Positions 13,401-21,584 of a DNA stretch of 64,000 bases are shown here, piece by piece. Under the pieces are notes generated by a model. The model made no database searches. It saw only the letters and a list, made by a program, of their open reading frames with translations, and was not told the origin of the DNA. Each line of letters begins with the position of its first letter. The first letter of the stretch is position 1. Source of the DNA: Thelocarpon superellum (taxonomy: Eukaryota). The stretch is taken from assembly GCA_026025795.1 (NCBI GenBank), contig JAPEUG010000019.1:1-64000 (forward strand). The letters are read 5' to 3'. The position numbers were made by a program, and so were the translations under genes.

Positions 13401-13847
13401 ATTGACCTTGGCGAATTACGCGGCTGGCTTTTTTCGGACCTGGTTTTTCATCTTGCCCAAGCACCGGACATGGATGGCGGAGAAGAGATGGCGCTCCGTT
13501 TCACGCTCGCATGCAATACTCTCCTCTTCGGCGGTGGACGAATCGCGTCAGGTATGGAAGACAACTCCATTACTCATGTAGTGGTGAACCCTGGAAATCG
13601 AGAACACGTCAAGGCGGTCCGTCGGGCCGTGATTACGCGGTATGACACCACAACCACCCTCCCCCCTCTCTTACTCCTACGATCCTCTCGGAGACGGCTC
13701 TGGGAAACGAGGGTCAAGTGGAGGGAGTACAATGCAAGGCTAACGATCATACCAAGACCTCGTCTCCCTAGATTCGTCAGCCTGGAATGGATCCAGGCAT
13801 GCTGGACAGAGGGGACGTTGTTGGACGAAGAGCGTGAGTTTGTTTAA
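10490..13847 (+). CDS. LIG4: DNA ligase IV (NHEJ), multi-exon; last exon uncertain
   Basis: MADAPD...LDEK|YPNRPHNHSETLPFHDL; adenylation motif EEKMDGERMQLH; ILDGEM, EGLILK, WMKVKPEY, TLRFPRF; C-terminal BRCT-like segments (VKANGGQI, ITHVVV, WIQACW). Confidence 0.96.
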
Positions 13848-14788
13848 TATATGATGTACTGCTAGACAAAGACTAGACACCTAGCATTAGCTAGCTACGC
13901 AGCTCAGCCCGTCTATATAATCCTCACAGGATCGTCGCTGTAGTACTCCAATCATTTGGCTGACTGAAACTTTCCTCGGACAATGAACCCAACAACCGGC
14001 GTAGCAAACACCCGCCCTTCTGGCTAAGACTGAGACTCGCTGGACGTCACATCCAGGATGGCAGCGCTGCCGGCGATCTTGCCAGCCGCACAGTCGCTCG
14101 AGCTGGAAGCGACCCTGGAGCAACAGCCAAAAGAGGCCCTAGAGTCACAGCCCCCATGAGCAGGCGTCCAGGCATTGTCAATTGCTCAAGGGTCGACTGC
14201 GACATGATCTCCCCCGCTTGTTACCCACCTCCAACACCATGATCACATTTGGTTGTATCATTCCTTAGCACAAGTTTCGGCCCCAGACGCAATGTTTGGA
14301 AAGCAGAAAGGATCCAAAAAGTTCAACTCCAGCTGCCTGGCGTACTGGTCGGAGTACTGGTAAACACGGGACACGGATCGTGAGACGCGCTGTGCCCGGC
14401 CTCGCCTCGCGCGCTGCGGCTTCCAAGGCATGGTGTATAAAGCTCGCCGTATCAGCCTCTATATTCGCCCAGTTGGACAGTCTTCTCGAACACAATCATT
14501 GGGGTACCTTTCTTCTGATCAGAGAGCACGGAGTCATGGTTTGCCTAGGGAAACGTCGAGGTAGTAAAGTCAACCACCCCCTTACCCCATCGCTTTGCCA
14601 GCGTTGCTCGAATACTCTTGTCCGCACTTGGCGATATATTGTCTAAGCCACCGAAGAAGGCTTCGACACTCAGCTTCGCCGCATTTGGCTCACGGCTACC
14701 GAGCGCTGCTTCATTGCCAGCTATCTTGCGGATGTAACCTAAGTGATCTACGCCTCTCCTTAGTCAGCATCGTCGTAATTGCAACTGA

Positions 14789-14863
14789 GGTCACGTTCCA
14801 TGTCACGTGAATGGACGTGACCTCTCCTTTTCTGCCGGCGAGGCGTGGAGCTCCCAGCCCCAC
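14789..14863 (+). mobile_element. 3' fragment of LTR family A
   Basis: ggcgaggcgtggagctcccagccccac nearly matches the 3' end of the 15023-15278 element (ggcgaggcgtggagctcccggcctcac), and a similar cacgtg-rich stretch precedes it. Confidence 0.7.
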
Positions 14864-14869
14864 TCTTAT

Positions 14870-15592
14870 TCTTAGATGGCTTTCTCTTCACCCACTTCTT
14901 CCTCCTACAGTGCCTTTCAGATGTGAGACAAGATGCAGCAAGCTAATCAGGGCTAACACGAAAGTCTCGATTGGTGCAGCTGACCAAGGCATGTCAATCT
15001 TGTGGTCCACCCATCTCATGCGTGTGACGACGAGGCCTACAGCTAGGCGGAAACAGTAGACGTAGTCAATGGAGTTGACTCTGTGGCTCCTAGGGCTCAT
15101 AGACCTATGACTAGCCTCCTCGTGTTACTCGAGTTGAACGCTGGGGCTCTGCTAGCTCGCAGCGGGACTCGGTTTATATACAGCGTGCCAGGTCATGTGC
15201 CGTATCATGTGACCATCACGTGGCCATCACGTGATCACTCCTATCCTCGTGGCGAGGCGTGGAGCTCCCGGCCTCACAATGCGCCTCACAGAAATTGCTG
15301 TGGCACAACACGGCACCTTGAGCCACGAGCTGCACCCCTTTCTCCTCCTCTTCGTGGCCATGATCGACACCTATGCTGCGCTGGGCCAATGTAGCGACAG
15401 CCGCTTTGTCGAGATGGTGGTCAGAACATTTTCAGCCTCACGGTGGCGGAATGTTAGAAGCGCGAGCGAATATGCCGAGCGTGGTCCGGCTCCTCTGGAT
15501 ACGGGAATTGCTTCGCCTGCGACTTCGACAGCAGCGGCAGCAGTCACCGAGATCATGGCGACAAACGCCAGGAGGGCGAAAACGCGTGTCAT
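14870..15592 (-). pseudogene. Probable secreted Cys-containing protein pseudogene interrupted by a solo LTR
   Basis: Signal-peptide-like MTRVFALLAFVAMISVTAAAA. After a 38-nt intron-like segment or frameshift (15404-15441) it reads ...GAVLCHSNFCEAH up to the LTR TSD. Beyond the LTR the same frame gives EMGGPQD*HALVSCTNRDFRVSPD*LAASCLTSERHCRRKK. Confidence 0.4.
15023..15278 (+). mobile_element. Solo LTR (family A, 256 bp) with 5-bp TSD
   Basis: Begins TGTGA and ends TCACA (inverted termini). ATGCG is duplicated at 15018-15022 and 15279-15283. Homologous copies lie at 17359 and 39371. Confidence 0.88.
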
Positions 15593-15712
15593 GGTCAGAA
15601 CGTCGACATGGAGTCGCGCAAAGGGACACGGCTTGAGTGCCTTGCTGACATCCTCACTTGTGGCTATCGCAAATTTATTTCTGGCGCCACAAAGATATGG
15701 TGGAGGAGTGTC

Positions 15713-15810
15713 AAGGCTGAGCTATTCGAATCATGCCATGGTCATGCCATGATAGCCCAATGTGCAAGAAGAAAGCCAAGGCTGAGTTATTTGGCTCATG
15801 CCAGGATAGC
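15713..15810 (+). repeat. Short imperfect tandem duplication
   Basis: caaggctgagctattcgaatcatgcc...atgatagc versus caaggctgagttatttggctcatgccaggatagc. Confidence 0.6.
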
Positions 15811-16227
15811 TCGGGTGGCCGTGGGTTCGGTTCAGTCGGGTTTGTGAGGCCATACCTACCTCCACCCGGGTTTAACAAGGCAGGTATAGCCTACCCTTGC
15901 CTGTACCCGAACTGACCCTACCTGATTGATTGGTCCGGAAGTGCCGCAGTCTCTGGCTAGCTAGTGAATGACATAATCAATCTCTCTAGCGGTCAGTTCT
16001 AATATTAGTCATCATTGCAGCTGCGTTCCGCCTCCCAACCATTGGAGTCACTTGTGGGGGTTCCCTGCAGCGAGTTCTGCGGCTCCAACCTGGTTTGCTC
16101 GGCATCAATTTGGGTCACGAAAACCCGCTCTCAGGGTTCAATCTCTGGCCCCAAAGTGTATTTGTAGAGAAACCTGCAGGAAACCGTCGGTTTTAACCGG
16201 AAAAAACCGAACCTCGCGGCCACCCTA
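15811..16227. mobile_element. Non-autonomous hAT-type element (MITE), 417 bp
   Basis: Left end tcgggtggccgtgggttcggtt; right end reverse-complemented is tagggtggccgcgaggttcggtt. Flanks are aggatagc (15803-15810) and aggagagc (16228-16235), a 7/8-identical 8-bp TSD. No transposase ORF. Confidence 0.8.
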
Positions 16228-16690
16228 AGGAGAGCATAAGCGTGTTGGAAGGAAAATCATGGACCTCTGATCCTGCAGGAGTAGTAGGTAGCGTCGCTTG
16301 AGTCTTGCTATGGCCAGGAGCAGAGAAATGCACAGGAAGAAGTTGACATGATCGTGTCCATGTTCCACCTCGGAGATGTATGCGCATGTTGAGCGACGCT
16401 TGTCCCCATTTACTCAACCCCGCGTGACATGATTAAAGCCAGACAAAAAGCCTGCAGTCATTTGGCAGTCTCTCGTTTCGATGGCTGTCCAAGAACGCCA
16501 CTTATGATGCATGATCAGAACATGCGCCCGCCTAAAATGCCGCTCACACTTCACTTGTCAAAATGCGCATTAGGAAGGAAGAAGGACAAGGAACAAGGAA
16601 TGTCTACCAGTAAACTAGCTCTGCGTGCGCCTGTGACGCTAGGTCTTGTGGTGTGGCCTCGATGGTGTCTGCGCATATCCATAAGTGCTC

Positions 16691-16700
16691 TATATATAAG
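16691..16700 (+). promoter_or_regulatory. TATA box of the secreted-protein gene
   Basis: TATATATAAG about 120 nt upstream of caaaATG at 16815. Confidence 0.6.
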
Positions 16701-16814
16701 AGGGCGCAGAGTCTTCTCCAGGGCGATTGGGCATCAACTTTCATCTCTACGTCCTTTCGACCGCTCATCCAACCATCTAGCAATCATCGCTACTCCCAGT
16801 CCCCATACAGCAAA

Positions 16815-17363
16815 ATGTTCCTCTATAGCTCTGTCTTTACTTCCTGCCTCGTTGCACTTTCCCTGACCCCCAATGCTCTTGCGCTGGCCACCCCTGCCCG
16901 TGCCCGAACTCTGGCCTCGTCAGGCACCAACCATCATATCCCTCAATGGCATCCCATTGTCGAACGCAACGCTCCAGCATCGGCAACGAGTTTGGAAAAG
17001 CGCCTTGGCTATGGTCATTCGGGCTGCGGGTGCGCCTTCCAATCCACTGTCAATAGTTGCCACTATCGCAAGCAATCTGGCGGCTACAAGTTCTCCATTG
17101 AATGGACCACGAGCGACGCTGTGACCGAGGGAGCCGTATTCACCAACGGCCTTGTCAAACATGGTATGGCGGCCGTGACGCTGTATTATCATGGAGGTGG
17201 AGGTGGCGGTCTCGAGTACACTCACTCGGTCGACTTGTGGATTGGGAATTATTTTGGGCATGGACTGAGCGCGATGTTGGATGCGGTCACAAACGCAAGC
17301 GAGGATGAATTCGGCCCAACAGGTGAAGGGGAAGCATGTGTTGATGATGACGCTCAGCCGTGA
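16815..17363 (+). CDS. Small secreted protein (182 aa) with signal peptide and Kex2-type pro-region; effector-like, family unrecognised
   Basis: MFLYSSVFTSCLVALSLTPNALA signal, pro-region ending LEKR, and a mature part with 4 Cys. Intronless, with a TATA box and good Kozak context. Confidence 0.78.
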   Translation: MFLYSSVFTSCLVALSLTPNALALATPARARTLASSGTNHHIPQWHPIVERNAPASATSLEKRLGYGHSGCGCAFQSTVNSCHYRKQSGGYKFSIEWTTSDAVTEGAVFTNGLVKHGMAAVTLYYHGGGGGGLEYTHSVDLWIGNYFGHGLSAMLDAVTNASEDEFGPTGEGEACVDDDAQP

Positions 17364-17608
17364 CGACAAAGCGTACAGCTAGGTGGAATCAATAGACGTC
17401 GTCGATTGGCTAGAATATCGTGCTTCAATAGGGTTCCAAGACCTGTTCCTGATTCTGTCGTCCTACTTGAGTTGAATGCTGGAGCTCCGCTAGCTGCGTG
17501 CGAGACTCATTGAACAATTATACAGTGTGGAAGATCACGAGTATAGCACGTGACTACCCACGTGACTATTCCTTTCTTCCACTAACGTGGAGGTTGCCCG
17601 GCCTCACA
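17359..17608 (+). mobile_element. Diverged solo LTR (family A)
   Basis: cgtgacgacaaagcgtacagctaggtggaatcaatagacgtc...gagttgaatgctggagctccgctagct...cccggcctcaca aligns end-to-end with 15023-15278. No clean TSD. Confidence 0.8.
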
Positions 17609-18204
17609 TCTCACAGCAGACCACTGTTTGGCTAGGATTCTGACAGCCACCCAAGAGCACAAAGGAAGAAGGTCTCTGCTCTTGGGCAGAATGTGGCTTT
17701 CCATTCATGCAGTTAGGGCGACCTCGAGAGTTCGGTCAGGCCTGAGGTGGATCTCGAAAGCGACCGGCGGCGGGAGCTGTGTTGGGAGCGTCGACCGAAA
17801 TGGCCCCTAAAGCAACTGGATGAGCCATCCATTCTCGGCCGCATTGTCGCTGACGGCTCGACCAAGGTTGTGATATTCTCCTTTTCCTCATTTCGACAAT
17901 CTACTTCACTCTCTCCTTACAGGCGATAGGGAAGAAAGCTGATGAGATCGGTGAACATGCTTTGCACCGGTATGAAGAGAAAGATGATTGGTTTTTGGGT
18001 TACTGTTCGTGTCATATCCGTCCATGAACCCGTCCGTCCGTTCGTCCGTTCGTCCGTCCATCCGCTGTGCTAGCCAGCCAACCAGCCGACCAAGCTTCTT
18101 CCCAGCTTCCCTTCCTTTCAATCGTCCATCCATGCATTCAAGGAACGTAAGGGACAGCGCCATCGTAGACTCCCATGCTCGCTACTAATTCCCCATCTCC
18201 TTGT

Positions 18205-18242
18205 CCATTTCCATTTCCATTTCCATTTCCATTTCCATTTCC
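18205..18242. repeat. (CATTTC)n microsatellite
   Basis: About six copies in the 3' flank of the 18367-19980 gene. Confidence 0.85.
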
Positions 18243-18366
18243 GCTCCCCCGCACTTCCTCTTTGGAATGCAATAACAGATGATGACGCGGGTGACGAGAA
18301 AAAGGACGAGGTAGAGGAAAGTAGATGATGAAATAGATGTCGCATTCCCCTTACTCGCTCGCTCAC

Positions 18367-19980
18367 TCACTCCTCCCCTACTACGATCCCTATCCAGCGA
18401 ATAGGAACGGGATTCGGCGCCTCTTCTTCGCCTCTTCCGTTCTTCCCACCCGGAGGTAGAGAGGGAGAGAGAGAGGGAGGAAGAGAAGGAGTAGGAGAAG
18501 AGGAAGAGGAAAGGCGACGGGGAGGCAAGACGAACCGCGCCTTCCCCAACGCCGATTCACTTAGTTTCCCCCTCCGACGCATATTCATCTCCAGCACGAT
18601 GACGCGTAGGAAGTCACTGTTTTCGCGCACTTCCCGATGGCGCGGCGAGAAGGGACTTCCGGAGTCGACGATGACGCCATTGCTGCTGCCATTGCCACTG
18701 CCGCTCCTGCCACTGCTCCCACCAGTCTCGGATACGGATACGGTTCCCGGGGGAGAGTGGCCCGGTGGTGGACGGGAGCGCGGCGTGGTGGGACTAGGGA
18801 GGGCGTTGTAGGTTGCGTATCTCGATACTAATATCGTGGGTAACGTCCGCTCCACTGCCGCATCGTCTGAATTTGACGGGAGTCGGTACGTCTGTAATTG
18901 GATGGACGCCCTACAGCGCCCATCTCGGGTCGAGAGGATGCCAGACTGCGAGGGGAGCGATTCAAAGGGCGAGTTGGACGTGGCGTTCAGGTAGCGTCGG
19001 AGCGCCGGGGTCGGCGTGTCGTCCAGCGGCAGCGGGCGCCATTCATCCGTGTAGGGGATGGAGCGGGTGAGGAAGTCGTCGGGTCGCACGACGGGCGTGG
19101 CAAAGTTGGAGAAGATGCGCGCCGCGGATCTGAGCGCCCGGAAGGACGCCGTCAGGTTCGAGGTGAAGGAGAGCCCCTGCCCAGCGGGTGGCGTCGTTTG
19201 GTCCGCCAGCGCGGGAGATGGGAGGTGCGTCATGGCTGCCCCGAGCTCGTCCTCGTCGATCGCGAGCAAGGGGTGGCTGAGCTCGCAGTCCTCGACCTGC
19301 AACGGAGACGCACATTTCCCCCGCCGCTCGATGCTGGGTCGTCGCCCGGCGAGGACGGGCGTCAAGGGACTGGTGGAGGAGGCAATGGACTCGTCGTCCG
19401 TGTCCAGCGCCGGGACTGAGTCGCATGAGACTGATCGGGCGGATTCACTGGGCGCGTCGGCTTCGTCCTCGTCCTGATCCTCGGGCGGACTCATCAAAAC
19501 GTCCATGGGTGATTTCCCCAACGAGCCGATGGAGAGTGCGCCGTCGTCCGACGACGTCACGCTCGTTCGATGACGCAGCTCGCGCCGTCGTTGCGTGCCC
19601 GAGCTGGCCTTGGGCAGTGGAATGGCGGTGATGGCCAACAAGGCGGCCACGGCAGGGGCCACATGGTCGGATCGGTTCTTGTCGCAAAGCGGTCGTCGGT
19701 CAAGATGCGCCTTGCCGGAGGGTGCCGACGTGGCCCTCCACGGCGCTGCGGGACGATGGGGGATGCCGACCGGCTGACTCCGGCTTGCGCCGCCGCTCAC
19801 GGACGGTCGCGTCCGTTGGGGCGGGGAGGTCATCGTATCGTCATCCTTGAACACGGTCAAGGACGTCTGCGGCGTCTTCGAGCGACGTGTCGAACGGGAC
19901 GGAGGGGAGGTGTTGGTGCTGGTGGTTATGTTGGTGCTGGAAGTGGTGCTGCCGCTGAGCAGCCCCGACCTCGGTGCCAT
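18367..19980 (-). CDS. Conserved filamentous-fungal hypothetical protein
   Basis: Long S/P-rich ORF with conserved-looking blocks VAALLAITAIP, FTSNLTASFRALRSAA, TPTPALRRYLN, ASIQLQTY and REVRENSDFLRVIVLEMNMRRRGKL...GKARFVLPPR. First in-frame ATG is at 19980. Confidence 0.75.
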   Translation of the reverse strand: MAPRSGLLSGSTTSSTNITTSTNTSPPSRSTRRSKTPQTSLTVFKDDDTMTSPPQRTRPSVSGGASRSQPVGIPHRPAAPWRATSAPSGKAHLDRRPLCDKNRSDHVAPAVAALLAITAIPLPKASSGTQRRRELRHRTSVTSSDDGALSIGSLGKSPMDVLMSPPEDQDEDEADAPSESARSVSCDSVPALDTDDESIASSTSPLTPVLAGRRPSIERRGKCASPLQVEDCELSHPLLAIDEDELGAAMTHLPSPALADQTTPPAGQGLSFTSNLTASFRALRSAARIFSNFATPVVRPDDFLTRSIPYTDEWRPLPLDDTPTPALRRYLNATSNSPFESLPSQSGILSTRDGRCRASIQLQTYRLPSNSDDAAVERTLPTILVSRYATYNALPSPTTPRSRPPPGHSPPGTVSVSETGGSSGRSGSGNGSSNGVIVDSGSPFSPRHREVRENSDFLRVIVLEMNMRRRGKLSESALGKARFVLPPRRLSSSSSPTPSLPPSLSPSLPPGGKNGRGEEEAPNPVPIRWIGIVVGEE

Positions 19981-21584
19981 GTTGCCGGGGACCCGTGCTG
20001 ATCCCAACGGTACCTACAGCGAACCCGCCGCAGGTCTCGTCCGCTATTTCCCTAGCCGGAAGCGGTGGAGAAACATGGCCTCTGGCCTCTGGCCTCTGGC
20101 CTACCGCTGTTCCATCCTGGCATAGAACTTCCTCTTGGGGTTGGCTCAACACGTTGGCCCGCCGGGACAAATCTGCCGGACCACTAGGCACCTTTTGCCT
20201 TTCGCCACGCCGTCGACCGATGCCCTGACGGGAGCTGCGTCGTGTGATGTGCGCCCGCGCCTAGCAGGCGGCGACGGACAACAGAGCTAAAGAAAGCGAC
20301 GAGAGCGAGGATATCCGACCGTGAGGCGGAGCGGACGAGTCGTCGTGGTCGTAGTCGTGGACGTGGACGTGGAAGCAACCCTGGTCGCCGGCGCAGCTCA
20401 GCTGCTTGGGCTGGACGGAGCCTTAGATAAGTGCTCCCTACGTGCCACGGTGCCTACATGGGTCCTGCCTACCAGCGGTCCGCAGGCCTGCTCAGGCACT
20501 GCCCTGCGCGGACCCCAGCGAGGCAGATGCAGACGCAGAGGGACGAAGAGATAGTGAACTGGACGCGGATTGGTCGGTCGCCTGCCCCTGACGTGGGGTA
20601 TGCATGTCTTGCTGACGCAAGGACTCCCTCCCACTCGGTTTCGCCTGGGCTGCTCCGGGTAGCCAATCGCTCGGCTGGTCCCCATGACCCCCACTGCCTG
20701 CACCGCTGCACCAAGCGATAAGTATGAGGATCTCCAGCGAGTGACGGTGGTAGGAGTACACTTTGCGTCTGCACGGCCGCCTGAACGATCGATGGCATCC
20801 ACTTCATCGGGATCGCCCCCTATGACTCCGCTCACATTTTCTCGCTGGCCCGTTGTCCACGATGGTCCGGTTGATTCGGTTGGCCCTCGGCTGAGCCGGC
20901 TGCTCCCGGGTGGTTCGGCTTCTTTGTCACACGATGCACGAGAATACCGCTGGCGACATCTAATCTCGCTCGTGACTGGGGCCTCGTTTGTCGGCCGAGG
21001 CAAGGGATACTGGCAATCGTCCGTCCTGGCCATTTCCGCATCGCCAATTACGTACTTTGCATGTAAGGTACTACTATCGCCCTACCAATGCGCACCGGGG
21101 GCATGGATGAGCCCTGGACCATTCCAGTAGTGGCGTACATTTTCCACAATCGTGTATCATTCCTTCCGTACTTTCTGGCCATCTCGCTCACGTCTTGACG
21201 AGCCTTCTGAATCACCCGTTCCGATGCCGTGACACGATCACGCCCGCCTTCGAGATAACCGCACCACGATGTACGAGTCTTCGATTCATAATCGGCCAAT
21301 GAAATACAAGTAGAAGGAGTACGACCCACATTGCGGAAAGAAGAAAGGGCGTGCAGGATCGAATTCGACCCTAATTCACGTTGCCGACGCGGAGGCTGGA
21401 AACGTCGTCCACGTACGTCCATATCATCATCATCGTCGCTCGTCCACCAGAAAACGCGTCGCGTAAGTCGCCGCCAGCTACGCCACGATGGACCTGGCCC
21501 TGAACTCCAATGCCCGCGCGCACGCCACTCCGATGGGATCAGTCGCTCGGTGGCGGCCAGTTCGGGTACCATCACGCACGCGTC

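Noticed and set aside
14922..15290. TGTGAG...CTCACA as a small outer element hosting the solo LTR
   Set aside because: Only ~110 bp once the LTR is removed, a 6-bp inverted match, and no TSD; likely chance.
16653..16814. 54-codon N-terminal extension of the secreted protein shown in the ORF track
   Set aside because: It starts at GTG upstream of the TATA box; the ATG at 16815 has good context and begins the signal peptide.
15023..17608. Two direct LTR repeats flanking the secreted gene, read as one retroelement that captured a cargo gene
   Set aside because: The left LTR has its own perfect TSD on both sides, the two copies are clearly diverged, and I saw no PBS, PPT or gag-pol remnant between them. 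Independent insertions are more parsimonious.
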